Shown piece by piece: positions 40,742 through 50,794 of a stretch of DNA of 64,000 nt; positions within the stretch are counted from its first letter, which is position 1, and every line of letters starts with the position of its first letter. This DNA comes from an uncultured Bacilli bacterium (lineage in GTDB: Bacteria > Bacillota_I > Bacilli_A > RF39 > UBA660). The DNA lies in assembly GCA_910586295.1 (NCBI GenBank), contig CAJUGE010000070.1, forward strand, positions 17,032-81,031, written 5' to 3'. The notes beneath the pieces are model-generated. The model saw only the letters and a list, made by a program, of their open reading frames with translations, ran no database searches and was not told the DNA's origin. The translations under genes were made by a program, and so were the position numbers.

Positions 40742-41941
40742 TTGAAAAAGTTAAGTTTTAAGTTAATAAGTGAAGAAGATTACAAAGAAATAGAAAACGA
40801 TTTTGAAAATAGCAATTATTTTCAAACTTCAAATTGGGGACAATTGAAAGAAATGACTGGATGGAGTAGAGTGTTTGTTGGAGTTTACGATGGAAGTGAG
40901 TTTTTAGCTATTTCAATGTTATTATATAAGAATATATTATTCGGTAAAAAGATTTTTTATTCTCCTAGAGGTATACTTTGTGATTATAATAGTTTTGATA
41001 TTTTGGATTTTTTTACTAAAGAAGTAAATAAGTATATAAAATCAATGGGTGGATTCTTGTTAAAGATTGATCCTTTAGTTTCTTTCTGTGAAAGAGATTT
41101 AAATGGTTTGCTTATAGGGGATAGCAATAATTTAGATTTAATAAATTATTTAAAAAGTGTAGGTTTTAAACATAATGGTTTTACTACAGGTTTTAGTGAC
41201 GATGTGCAATTTAGATGGTCTTTTTATTTAGATATAGTTGAGAAAGAAAAAATTATTCAAGATATGGATAAAAGATGTAGAAGAAGTATTAGAAGAAGTG
41301 ATAAGTATCCGTATATAATAAAGGAAGTAGATGATGATAGTATAATGGATTTTAAGGTTATTATGGAGCATACTTGTAGTAGGCATAGTTGCTATGATAG
41401 GTCTTTAGATTATTATAGACAAATTAAACATATCTTGAAAGATAGAGCTAAGTTGCTTATTATTTATTTATTACGTGATGAATATTTGAGCAGTTTTAAA
41501 GATGATAAATTATATGATATTGTTGCAAAAGAAGACAGAGAATTTATTCCAGTTACTGCAGGAGTTTTCATTATTGATAAAAATTTTGTTCATTATGTTT
41601 ATGGTGGAACTATTAAAGAATATATGAGATTATGTTTTCAATATAAATTACAGTTTTTGATGATTAATTATGCTATTAGTAATAATATTTCTGTGTATGA
41701 TTTTGGCGGGATTAGTGGGGTTTTTGATAAAGATTCTTCTGATTATGGAATATATGAATTTAAGCGGGGTTTTGGAGGATATGTTGTAGAATATATTGGT
41801 GAATTTGATTTAATAGTCGATAAGAAATATTATTATCTTTATAAATTAATGTATAGTGTTTATGGGCATGCTAAGAGGATTATCTTGAATTTAAAGAAAA
41901 AACTGAGGTTATCAGTTTCTATCATTTACCATATTTATTAA
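40742..41941 (+). CDS. FemAB-family peptidoglycan interpeptide-bridge aminoacyltransferase
   Basis: 399 aa with TTG start. N-terminal YFQTSNWGQLKE and the overall FemX/FemAB layout. Confidence 0.7.
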   Translation: MKKLSFKLISEEDYKEIENDFENSNYFQTSNWGQLKEMTGWSRVFVGVYDGSEFLAISMLLYKNILFGKKIFYSPRGILCDYNSFDILDFFTKEVNKYIKSMGGFLLKIDPLVSFCERDLNGLLIGDSNNLDLINYLKSVGFKHNGFTTGFSDDVQFRWSFYLDIVEKEKIIQDMDKRCRRSIRRSDKYPYIIKEVDDDSIMDFKVIMEHTCSRHSCYDRSLDYYRQIKHILKDRAKLLIIYLLRDEYLSSFKDDKLYDIVAKEDREFIPVTAGVFIIDKNFVHYVYGGTIKEYMRLCFQYKLQFLMINYAISNNISVYDFGGISGVFDKDSSDYGIYEFKRGFGGYVVEYIGEFDLIVDKKYYYLYKLMYSVYGHAKRIILNLKKKLRLSVSIIYHIY

Positions 41942-42583
41942 TCTTAATAATTGAAATATTTCTGCTATTGTACTCGCTACATATGTGAACGCTGCTGCGA
42001 CGAGCATTTTTCTTATGCCATTTGAGTCTCTGTCGTCTGCTATATTCAGATTATTCAATTCTATTAGCGCACGACTAGAAGCGTTAAATTCAACTGGTAA
42101 AGTTACTATTTGAAATATAATTCCTATACCTACAGTTATAATTCCTAGCCATATTAGGTTTATTGCTTCGAAGATGAATCCAAAAATTATTATTAAGTAA
42201 GAAAATCTGGATGTTATACTAACTATTGGAAATAGCATACTTCTAATTTTTAGAAATGTGTAGCCTTCTTTATCTTGGATTGCATGTCCTACTTCATGTG
42301 CTGCTACTGCATTAGCTGCTATGCTAGTTCCATGATAGATTTCTTTAGATAATTTTACAACTTTTCTTGATGGATTATAATGGTCTGTTAATGTTCCACT
42401 TGTTTCTAAAATTAATACATCTTCTAAGTTATATTTATCTAGGATTTGTCTTGCTACATCAAATCCTGTTAGTCCTTTGCTTGTTTCTTTCTTTGTACTT
42501 TTACCATATGTAATGCTGATATATAATTGAGCTATTAATGGCAGAAATATTATTATTAATATACATAATGTTTCCATAATCAC
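41912..42583 (-). CDS. Membrane zinc metallopeptidase (YugP-like)
   Basis: HEVGHAIQDKEGY zinc motif with flanking transmembrane helices. Its 3' end overlaps femAB by 30 nt in convergent orientation. Confidence 0.7.
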   Translation of the reverse strand: MIMETLCILIIIFLPLIAQLYISITYGKSTKKETSKGLTGFDVARQILDKYNLEDVLILETSGTLTDHYNPSRKVVKLSKEIYHGTSIAANAVAAHEVGHAIQDKEGYTFLKIRSMLFPIVSITSRFSYLIIIFGFIFEAINLIWLGIITVGIGIIFQIVTLPVEFNASSRALIELNNLNIADDRDSNGIRKMLVAAAFTYVASTIAEIFQLLRLINMVNDRN

Positions 42584-42616
42584 TCTCCTTAGTTAATTAT
42601 ACCACAGATGTGTTAT

Positions 42617-44737
42617 CTATACTACAAATTCCATATAACTTTCATTTATTAGAGAGGATATACGTTTTGCTCCAATATTTTTGTAATCTGATTTGTCTAT
42701 TATTTTCTCTATTTCATTAGGTTTTAGATTTTTGTCTATATTTTCTATTATTTTTTTTATGTCTTCTATACATAAGTCTTTTAAGTTAATTGTTACGTGA
42801 AAATTTTCTCTTTTTATTTCGTTATTATTTTTTATAAATCCAATAGTTTCTTTATTTTTAGTAATTGTGGTAGTGAATATAAATAGTGTATTGTTAAATT
42901 TTGTTGTAGTATTATTTGATAATTTTAGTTCTCCAGTTTCTAATATTTTATATATTATATTAATTACATCTTTATGGGCCAGTTCATAATTGTCTATCAC
43001 TATTATTGAAAGTGGAAAATTTTTTATACTTTCAAACACAGTGTTTTTTTCGTCATATCCGACATACCCTGCTGGGCTTCCTAATAGTTTATTTATAGAT
43101 ATTTCTGTGTTGTATTCATTCATGTCTAAAGTTAGTAAGTTGTATTTTAATATTTTAGAATATTCTTTAATTAGTGTAGTTTTTCCAGTTCCAGTATTTC
43201 CTTTTAACAATATTGAATATGGCTTGTTATTGGTTTTTTCTGTGTAGTTTGATGTTATGCTTGTTAGCTTATCAATCGCTTCGTTTTGACCGATTATTTT
43301 GTCTTTAAGTTGACTATTTAGATCGGCAAGATATTTTTTGTCTTCTAGTTCAAATATCGTGCTATTGGTTTTTGTTTCTAATACTTTCTTTAGAGTTGTA
43401 AGAGTTACTCTGTTTTTATTATTTTCATCCTTTGTTTTAGATAATTTGTTTTGTAAATTGTTTATTTGTTCTTTCGTTAGGCTAGCATTTAAGATATCAT
43501 TTTGAAGTAAGTATTTGTTTTTTTCTTTATTAAGATTTTCTATTTTAGTATATAATTTTTTGTATTCGTTATTTTTTTCTATAATACTTGTAGTCGCACA
43601 TATTTCGTCTAAGATGTCTATGCTTTTGTCTGGTTCGTTTCGCCCAACGATATATTTATCTACTAGTTTTATTGTTTCATCAAGTATTTTATCGGGTATT
43701 ATGACATTGTGGTATTTTTCATAATCTTTTTTTATTTTTTTGAGAATTATTTTTGTTTCTTCTGCATTTGGTTCATTCACATATATTTTTTGGAATCTTC
43801 TTTCTAATGCTTTGTCTTTTTCTATGCTAGTTTTAAATTCTGCGTTTGTAGTTGCACCTATACATTTTATTTTTCCTCTAGCAAGTGCGGGTTTTAGTAT
43901 GTTAGAAGCATCTATTGCACCTTCTGCTCCACCTGCTCCTACGATTGTGTGTATTTCGTCTATAAATAATATTAGGTTTTTATTGCTTTCTAGTTCTGTT
44001 ATAATATTAGAAAGTTTTTCTTCAAATTCTCCTCGATATTTTGTTCCAGCGATTACTGAGGCTATATTAAGGTTTAATATTTCTTTATTTTTTAATAATT
44101 TTGGAACGTTATTATTTACTATTCTTCTTGCTAGTTCTTCTACAATAGCTGTTTTTCCTACTCCTGCTTCTCCTATTAGTATAGGATTATTTTTATTTTT
44201 TCTTGCTAGAATTTCTATGACTCTTTCTATTTCTTTGTCTCTGCCTATTACTTTGTCTAATTCTCCTTTTTTGGCTAAGTCATTTAGATTAGTTGCTAAT
44301 TCTTTAATTAATAAGGATTTTCCAAGAGTGTCTGTATTTAAAAGGTTATTTTTTAGATTTTCTATATCTATTTCTAGAGATCTAAGTATTTTATATGCTG
44401 TTGTAGAATTGTTGTTTAGAATTTTATTTATAAGTGTTGGAAGTGTTATTTCACTTTCAAAGTCACTTTTCTTAATTATTATGTCTTCTATTATTTTTAG
44501 TAGTTCTTTTTTATAGAATATGTATTCTTCTTTTGATGTTCCTTTTTGGATTTTTGATTTAACTTTATTGTAGGTTAATCCTTCCTTTTTTAGGCTTTCT
44601 GAAATGCTTGTTTCTATTTTGAGTACACTTAGTAGTATGTGTTCTGTTCCAACCAGGTTGTTTTTGTTTTCTAATGCTTCGTTTTCACTTCCTTTTAAAA
44701 CTTTTCTTAGTTCTTCTGTATATTTATTCATAAACAC
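42617..44737 (-). CDS. Clp/Hsp100-family AAA+ ATPase (ClpC/ClpE-like, 706 aa) with an atypical D2 Walker B
   Basis: Clp_N (LVGTEHILLSVL). D1 Walker A GEAGVGKTAI and Walker B LFIDEIHT. D2 Walker A GNTGTGKTT, but D2 Walker B reads IIVIDNYELAH instead of hhhhDEIEKAH. Confidence 0.75.
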   Translation of the reverse strand: MFMNKYTEELRKVLKGSENEALENKNNLVGTEHILLSVLKIETSISESLKKEGLTYNKVKSKIQKGTSKEEYIFYKKELLKIIEDIIIKKSDFESEITLPTLINKILNNNSTTAYKILRSLEIDIENLKNNLLNTDTLGKSLLIKELATNLNDLAKKGELDKVIGRDKEIERVIEILARKNKNNPILIGEAGVGKTAIVEELARRIVNNNVPKLLKNKEILNLNIASVIAGTKYRGEFEEKLSNIITELESNKNLILFIDEIHTIVGAGGAEGAIDASNILKPALARGKIKCIGATTNAEFKTSIEKDKALERRFQKIYVNEPNAEETKIILKKIKKDYEKYHNVIIPDKILDETIKLVDKYIVGRNEPDKSIDILDEICATTSIIEKNNEYKKLYTKIENLNKEKNKYLLQNDILNASLTKEQINNLQNKLSKTKDENNKNRVTLTTLKKVLETKTNSTIFELEDKKYLADLNSQLKDKIIGQNEAIDKLTSITSNYTEKTNNKPYSILLKGNTGTGKTTLIKEYSKILKYNLLTLDMNEYNTEISINKLLGSPAGYVGYDEKNTVFESIKNFPLSIIVIDNYELAHKDVINIIYKILETGELKLSNNTTTKFNNTLFIFTTTITKNKETIGFIKNNNEIKRENFHVTINLKDLCIEDIKKIIENIDKNLKPNEIEKIIDKSDYKNIGAKRISSLINESYMEFVV

Positions 44738-44811
44738 CTCTCTTATATTCTATGTTATATTGTGTTGTTTAAGAAATTTTTATACAAAAAAACATCACTT
44801 TCGTGATATTT

Positions 44812-46482
44812 TTATATGAATACTACAATTAGGATTATTATTAGTATTATAGCTAGTAGTTGTAATACTAATTTCCAACTTGTTTTTAACCATTCTTTAT
44901 ATGATATTCCTAAGTATTCAAGTCCTACAATCATTAACGCAGATGTAGGTGCGATTATTAGAGTTAATCCATGTAAAGATTGTGATATGATTGCAAGTGA
45001 ATTTGTAGCTTCTGGATATGTTGATACTAAGTATGGTAATCCAGATTGTATTACGTATAGAATGTCTATATTAAGTATGGTACTTATGATAGTATCTAAT
45101 CCTGCTACTAAGATGTATACTATTTGTGAAATTGTTTCCATAGCACCACTTAAGAAGCTTACTTTTCCAAGAGCATCTATGATTCCTCCACCTAAAGAGT
45201 TGATTAGCCAGTCTGTAATACTCATGAAGAATGGATTATAAGCAGTTATTATTACTATTGTGTATGCTAATGTCATCACTATAACTGGTTTTAGTACTTG
45301 TTTTACACCTTTAGCAAATGAAGTTATAATAGTTTCAAAATCTAATTTGTAGATTAAGCTTATTATAAGTGTTGCCCCAAGTGTCAATACTGTTATTTCT
45401 GCTAATGATGTCCAAGAGCCAAATGATGTTATACCAGCGATTAGATAATTGAATATTGTGTAATCTTTGATTTCAAATTCTGTAATGTTTGTATGTAAGT
45501 CTGAAAAGAAAGTTACTTCAAATATTTTTTCCCAATCGAACATTCCTAGTATCATTACTAAGATAAGTAATCCTAGTATAAGGAATATAGGCCAGCTTGC
45601 TTTTTTGCTTTGTTTTTTCTCGCCTATTAGTGGTATGTTGTTTTTACTTGATTCTTCTTTTTCTTCTTTAGTCTCTATTTTTCTTTCTTTAGATTTTTTT
45701 GCTTGTTTTAGAAGTACAAATAAGTATAGAGTATAACATATTACCAATAGTGCAATTTTCCAAATTAGCTCTGTACTATAGTCACTTCCAACTATTTCGT
45801 TAATGTAACTTGTTGCTGGACTATAGATTCCTCCAATTATACCAATTATAGGTGATATAAATCCAGTTAGAAATGCAGTCATTTTGTTGTAACCCATTAA
45901 TAGGACAATAGCACATATAGCAGGTATTATTAGAAATAATACAAGGTTAGGTCCATATAGTCCACCTTTTTCAACATTAGCTGCGAACAATGCACTTACT
46001 AGTGTTAGTACAAGTGATGCTCCAATTAGAAAGTATTCTTCTTTTCCTTTTAATTTTTTTACTATTTTATCTAGTGTATTTCTGTATTTTCCTGTTTCAG
46101 CTAATACTCCGTATAATCCTCCAACTGCAAATATGAATAACATTGGTTGTAAGAAGAATTGTACTGAAAGATAAGGATAGTCTATTAAATTAAATAATGA
46201 CATTCTTTCAAATCCTATACTTTGAAATTCTCCATATTGGAATGTTGCTGCTGGGATTACCCAACTTAATGCTCCTAAGTATAGAACAATTAATCCTAAT
46301 AATTTTAGAATTGTATTTTTCTCTGATGGTACAATCCATTTTATTATAGAAAGTACGAATAGAGTTGTTGTACCTATGATTTCCATTGGCATTCCAATGT
46401 TTGTTGGTACAAATATTCCTACGATTATTAGTATTATTGCTGCGATACTTGCAATCATTTTGAACTTAGCGTTCGTTTTCAT
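44812..46482 (-). CDS. Polytopic integral membrane protein, possibly a transporter (556 aa)
   Basis: At least 12 predicted transmembrane helices and a central K/E-rich cytoplasmic loop. The family was not recognised. Confidence 0.45.
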   Translation of the reverse strand: MKTNAKFKMIASIAAIILIIVGIFVPTNIGMPMEIIGTTTLFVLSIIKWIVPSEKNTILKLLGLIVLYLGALSWVIPAATFQYGEFQSIGFERMSLFNLIDYPYLSVQFFLQPMLFIFAVGGLYGVLAETGKYRNTLDKIVKKLKGKEEYFLIGASLVLTLVSALFAANVEKGGLYGPNLVLFLIIPAICAIVLLMGYNKMTAFLTGFISPIIGIIGGIYSPATSYINEIVGSDYSTELIWKIALLVICYTLYLFVLLKQAKKSKERKIETKEEKEESSKNNIPLIGEKKQSKKASWPIFLILGLLILVMILGMFDWEKIFEVTFFSDLHTNITEFEIKDYTIFNYLIAGITSFGSWTSLAEITVLTLGATLIISLIYKLDFETIITSFAKGVKQVLKPVIVMTLAYTIVIITAYNPFFMSITDWLINSLGGGIIDALGKVSFLSGAMETISQIVYILVAGLDTIISTILNIDILYVIQSGLPYLVSTYPEATNSLAIISQSLHGLTLIIAPTSALMIVGLEYLGISYKEWLKTSWKLVLQLLAIILIIILIVVFI

Positions 46483-46593
46483 TTTCTTATTACCTCCTGT
46501 TACAATTATACACTAAAGATGTCAAGTTTTACAAGTTTTTATGTTAGTTTCACAAAAATTACAAATTAATATAAAAAATACCACATAAAGTAT

Positions 46594-46917
46594 TTAGTCT
46601 TTATGTAGTGTAAGTGAGCTTCCTTTTTCTATTATTAGTTCTTTTAATTCACTTAATTCTTCTATGCTCATTGATTCTATTATCATTTGTGTGTCTTCTA
46701 CTTGTGTTTCAATATCCATTGCACTCGCGCTATTTATAAGTGCAGAACTTACGGAAGTTACAGTTAGAGATGTAGAAGTAGAAGGTGAGTCTTCTGATAA
46801 AACTGTTTGTAAGATTTCGTCAGAAAAAGTTGTAGATATTGATGGAGATAAAGCACTACCAAAAAGCAAAGTGCTATTACCTCCAAATGTAAATAAATTT
46901 ATTAATGATTGTATCAT
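46594..46917 (-). CDS. Hypothetical protein (107 aa)
   Basis: Its start overlaps the stop of the upstream ORF (ATGA), suggesting translational coupling. S/T-rich. Confidence 0.3.
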   Translation of the reverse strand: MIQSLINLFTFGGNSTLLFGSALSPSISTTFSDEILQTVLSEDSPSTSTSLTVTSVSSALINSASAMDIETQVEDTQMIIESMSIEELSELKELIIEKGSSLTLHKD

Positions 46918-47636
46918 AATTTTAATTTCCTTTCTTTTGATTTAATTGTATGTTCAATTAGTAATTCTAGTTCTAAAGTTTCTTCTTTTGTTTGTATACA
47001 TTCAATAATGTCTTGTTTACTAGGTACTTTTTTATCTCTTTCTAAAAGAGGCGCTAGAGATTTAGAAATGTTTTTGTAAAGTTTGATTTTTTGACTTAAT
47101 TTGTGTTTTCTAATTTTAGTTAGTTTTTCTAGTTTTTGTTCTATTCTAGTTATATTATAATTTTGTAAATTAATGCATTCAAAGTTTATAAAGATACTAA
47201 TAGAGTTTAAACTAATTGATATAACCAAAGGGATAGTTATGCTTTTTATGAAAATTATTCCAACTATTGAAATAGCAATATATAATAAGTTAGATTTAAT
47301 TCCATTTATATGAATTTTTTTGTTGATGTTGAGATAGTTAAGTGTTTCATTAGGGTTTAAAGTGTTAAAGTGATAGTTTCTATTTTCATTGTTATTATAT
47401 TCTATTCTTGCTCTTAGTTTTTCTCTGTTAAAATATCTAATTAACATTTTTCTATTTTCGTCATTATTTTCTTTTTTTAGCATTTTATTAAGTTTTTTAT
47501 CTAATAATTTATCATTCAAATTTATTATCTTTTTATAAAAAGGTTTTGTTAGTTTGAATTTTAATTCTTCTACTTTTAGAACTACTTTTTTAAACTTAAG
47601 TGCTCCTAATTTTTCATATAAAGCTAATTTTTTCAT
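46914..47636 (-). CDS. Hypothetical membrane protein (240 aa)
   Basis: Basic N-terminal region, two central transmembrane helices, and a coiled-coil C-terminus. Confidence 0.35.
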   Translation of the reverse strand: MKKLALYEKLGALKFKKVVLKVEELKFKLTKPFYKKIINLNDKLLDKKLNKMLKKENNDENRKMLIRYFNREKLRARIEYNNNENRNYHFNTLNPNETLNYLNINKKIHINGIKSNLLYIAISIVGIIFIKSITIPLVISISLNSISIFINFECINLQNYNITRIEQKLEKLTKIRKHKLSQKIKLYKNISKSLAPLLERDKKVPSKQDIIECIQTKEETLELELLIEHTIKSKERKLKL

Positions 47637-47692
47637 TTTTTATTTTTCCCCTTGGTATGTATTATAACATATAATTAATTTATAGTAAATTC

Positions 47693-48013
47693 TTATTTTT
47701 TTAGTATTTTTTTATTACTTTCGTCTAGTAATGTTATAATTGTTTTTCCATATTCGTCTTTATCTACTTTTTTATGTCTTAGACCTCTAAACATTACGGC
47801 AAAAATTATTACACCTTCTTCTATTGTTTTTACTGCTCCATTTTCTAGTAATAATAATGCGTTTTCTATAATTATTTCTTTTTCATTCTCAAATAAGTTG
47901 CAATCATTTTCTATTATTATTTCTATGTTGTCAATTTTGGTTTTCTCTTCTTCTTGATTTCTCTTTTGTTCTAATACTCTTTTTCTACTTTTTAAAAGGC
48001 TTAATATTTTCAT
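47693..48013 (-). CDS. Hypothetical protein (106 aa)
   Basis: ORF lying 9 nt downstream of lysS on the same strand. No motifs recognised. Confidence 0.35.
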   Translation of the reverse strand: MKILSLLKSRKRVLEQKRNQEEEKTKIDNIEIIIENDCNLFENEKEIIIENALLLLENGAVKTIEEGVIIFAVMFRGLRHKKVDKDEYGKTIITLLDESNKKILKK

Positions 48014-48024
48014 TTCTATTTCCT

Positions 48025-49500
48025 TTAATTGTTATTTTCTGGTTTCATAAGTGGGAATAAGACAACATCTCTTATTGAGTCAGTATTGTATATTAACATC
48101 ATAAGTCTATCAATTCCGAATCCTAGTCCTGAAATTGGTGGCATTCCTTGCTCCATTGCTAGTAAAAAGTTTTCGTCTAGGTCCATAGTTTCATCATCAC
48201 CTTGACTTTTTGCTTTAAGTTGTTCTTCAAATGTTTCTCTTTGTGTCTTAGGATTTACAAGTTCTGAATATGCTTTGCAAAGTTCGGTTCCGCCTGCGAT
48301 TACTTGGAATACGTCTATTCTTTTTGAGTCTTTGTCGTTTCTTCTTGCTAATGGAATAAGTACTGCTGGATAGTTATAAATTATTGTTGGCTCGATTATG
48401 TTTTTACGAATTTTATTTTTGTATACAAAATCGATTATTTGACTTAGTGAATGGTAGTCTTCTAGTTCTGTCAATGTAAACAATCCTTTTTCTACTATTT
48501 TTTGTTTTAGCTCGTCTGGTTCTTCTATGTTTAGAAAGTCAAAACCAAATACTTTGTTCATTTCTTCGCAGTAATTGATTTTATTCCATTCTTCTTTTCC
48601 AAAGTCAAGAGTGTTACCTTGATATTCTATAGTAGTTCCACCTGTGAGTTCTTTTAGTAGCTCTTTTATGAAGTTAGTGTAAAATTTCATGTTGTCTTCA
48701 TAGTTCCAGTAGGAAGCATACCATTCAACTTGAGTAAATTCTTGTAAGTGTTCTGTGTCCATTCCTTCGTTTCTAAAACATTTAGATATTTCATAGACTT
48801 TGTCGAATCCGCCTGCGATACATTCTTTTAAGTAAATTTCAGGTGCTATTCGTAGATTGCAGTCCATGTCTAATGCATTGTGGTGTGTAAAAAATGGTTT
48901 AGCAGATGCACCAGAGACTGCTGTTTGGAGAATTGGAGTTTCTACTTGTAGGAAACCATTTTCTCCTAAATACTTATGTAGAAATGAATAGAATTTACTT
49001 CTTCCTATGAAAATACGTCTTGATTCTTCATTAGTAATTAAGTCAACATATCTTTGTCTATATTTTATTTCTGTATCTTGTAATCCGTGGAATTTTTCTG
49101 GTAATGGTCTTAGTGCTTTTCCTAGAAATTCAAATGAATGGACTCTAAGTGTTTTTTCTCCAGTTTGTGTTGTGAATATTTCTCCAGTAGCACCTATGAA
49201 GTCTCCAGTATCAATTAGTTTTTTAAAGAAGTCATATTTTTCTTCGCCTACTAAATCAATTTTAAGTTCTAGTTGCATTGCTCCTTCTAAGTCTCTAATT
49301 TTTATGAAGCTAAGTTTTCCCATTTTTCTCATGAATACTATTCTACCTGCTAGTGATATGTTTGTTTCTCCATCACTAAGGTTTTGTGCATCTTTTAGTG
49401 TGTGTGTTTTCTTAAATTTTTCTGGATAAGGGTTACAAAATTCTGATATGCTATCTAATTTTTCCCTTCTTACAATTTCTTGTTCTGTTAATTCTCTCAA
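48025..49500 (-). CDS. lysS: Lysine--tRNA ligase (class II LysS)
   Basis: 491 aa. TTG start with AGGAGG 8 nt upstream. Class II motifs FRNEG, GGTELC... and GLGFGIDRL. Confidence 0.95.
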   Translation of the reverse strand: MRELTEQEIVRREKLDSISEFCNPYPEKFKKTHTLKDAQNLSDGETNISLAGRIVFMRKMGKLSFIKIRDLEGAMQLELKIDLVGEEKYDFFKKLIDTGDFIGATGEIFTTQTGEKTLRVHSFEFLGKALRPLPEKFHGLQDTEIKYRQRYVDLITNEESRRIFIGRSKFYSFLHKYLGENGFLQVETPILQTAVSGASAKPFFTHHNALDMDCNLRIAPEIYLKECIAGGFDKVYEISKCFRNEGMDTEHLQEFTQVEWYASYWNYEDNMKFYTNFIKELLKELTGGTTIEYQGNTLDFGKEEWNKINYCEEMNKVFGFDFLNIEEPDELKQKIVEKGLFTLTELEDYHSLSQIIDFVYKNKIRKNIIEPTIIYNYPAVLIPLARRNDKDSKRIDVFQVIAGGTELCKAYSELVNPKTQRETFEEQLKAKSQGDDETMDLDENFLLAMEQGMPPISGLGFGIDRLMMLIYNTDSIRDVVLFPLMKPENNN

Positions 49501-49502
49501 TT

Positions 49503-49729
49503 TTCTCTCCTCCTAAAATAAAAAGTTATTGAATTTAAGGGACGAGTTTACCCGTGGTACCACCCTAATTTATCAATAACTTGATCTTATTATTTATAAC
49601 GGTTATTAACCGGGCATAAGCCACTCGAAAGTTTTTATTCATATTAGGCTTGTTACCAATTTCCATCTTATTTGGCTTTCTATAAATAGTTTCTAATATT
49701 ACTCGTCTTTCTCATCGATTTATGGCTAC
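49503..49729 (-). promoter_or_regulatory. T-box riboswitch leader of lysS
   Basis: The minus strand carries AATTAGGGTGGTACCACGGG (the T-box consensus AANNAGGGTGGNACCGCGG) 30-60 nt before the start codon, followed by a T-rich tail. The 5' part has GATGAGA...AGTA (a stem I K-turn-like element). Confidence 0.65.
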
Positions 49730-49758
49730 ATTTTATAATAATTGTTGTTGTTTGTCAA
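49730..49758 (-). promoter_or_regulatory. Putative promoter (TTGACA-N17-TAAAAT) driving the lysS T-box leader
   Basis: Minus-strand TTGACA at 49758-49753 and TAAAAT at 49735-49730. Confidence 0.4.
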
Positions 49759-49900
49759 CTGCTTTATTCTTCATGTAGAGTAAAGGTTTAAATTTTCCTT
49801 TTATCGGCTTTATAATGTAAGAAGTTACATCTAGTTTTTTATCAAAATTGTAGTATTATAGGCTTAAGTTTGTGAAATTTATTCTAATCGGGAGGTAAGT

Positions 49901-50489
49901 ATGAATAATATTTTATATGTTTATATAGACGAAAGTGTAGACTTTGGTTTTAGTGAAGGAAGTTCTATGTTGTATGTTGTATCTTTTGTTTTTTATGATG
50001 ATGTTTCTTCAATAGATGGAGATGTTAGCTATCTTAATAAGAGACTTGTTAGGTCATAAAGGTATGATACATACAGCATTACTTGTTTCAAGAAAGAATG
50101 AGTATAATAAATGGTCTTTTGAAAAGAGAAAAGATGTTTTTTCTACATTGTATAATTTTGCTAGAAAAATAGGAGTTAGATTAAAGAGTGTTGTTATTGA
50201 TAAGAAATATTTTAATATGAGAATACGATTAAAGAAGAAATTGAAAGATGAAATGGAGAAGTTTATACGAGAAAATGGGAATTATATAAATTCTTATAAA
50301 AAAGTGATTATATTTTATGATGATGTAGAGTTTGTATCAAAGTTTAATCATAAAGATAATAGAATATTTCAAGTAGCAGATATGCTTACAGTTTTTGATA
50401 AACTAGATTTTAAAATAAAAAATAGATTGCTTTTAGTAAGAATGAGAAAGAGTTTTTTTATCTTAAAAAGTATAGTATTTTTTAAGTAA
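49901..50489 (+). pseudogene. DUF3800-family gene disrupted by a frameshift near 50000-50057
   Basis: Frame A reads MNNILYVYIDESVDFGFSEGSSMLYVVSFVFYDD (the DUF3800 N-terminal YIDESGD motif) and stops at 50057. Frame B, from 50016, continues for 157 aa. RBS GGGAGG precedes the frame A ATG. Confidence 0.5.
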
Positions 50490-50601
50490 CTTTTTATAAG
50501 TTCTTAAATGCTGTTATATTCTTATTTTATGAGGATTTACGACATTTTATTTTTAGAAAATGTTTGAATATATTTTTATAATTTCTTATATTTTTTCTTT
50601 C

Positions 50602-50790
50602 AAAAGTAGTAAATTAGTAGTAAAAATTTAAATATTTTTTGAGACATTAATTTTAAATATTAAAAATGCTGTGACATTGTACATTATTAAAGTATAGTCT
50701 TATGAGCGAGACTAGTGGTGTAGCCACAAAGTCCTCGCCATAATAAGGTATAGTATTACCCTTATTATGTAGCGTGTAGCATGTAGCAAA
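50602..50790 (-). repeat. Structured intergenic repeat element of roughly 190 bp, copy 1. It lies immediately 3' of the HD-domain gene, in inverted orientation relative to copy 2.
   Basis: The reverse complement aligns with 60129..60327: TTTGCTACATGCT.CA.G.TACATAATAA.GGTAATACTAT.CCTTATTATGGCGAGGACTTT.GTGGCTAC.CCACTAG.C.CGCTCA...TATACTTT.ATA...TTTTTACTACTAATTTACTACTTTT. It contains a 10-bp hairpin, CATAATAAGG / CCTTATTATG. Confidence 0.6.
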
Positions 50791-50794
50791 TTTT

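Noticed and set aside
43740-45736. Plus-strand ORFs 43740-44516, 44604-44819, 44816-45241 and 45467-45736
   Set aside because: All are antisense to the Clp ATPase or the 556-aa membrane protein genes. They have no RBS, and their translations are low-complexity.
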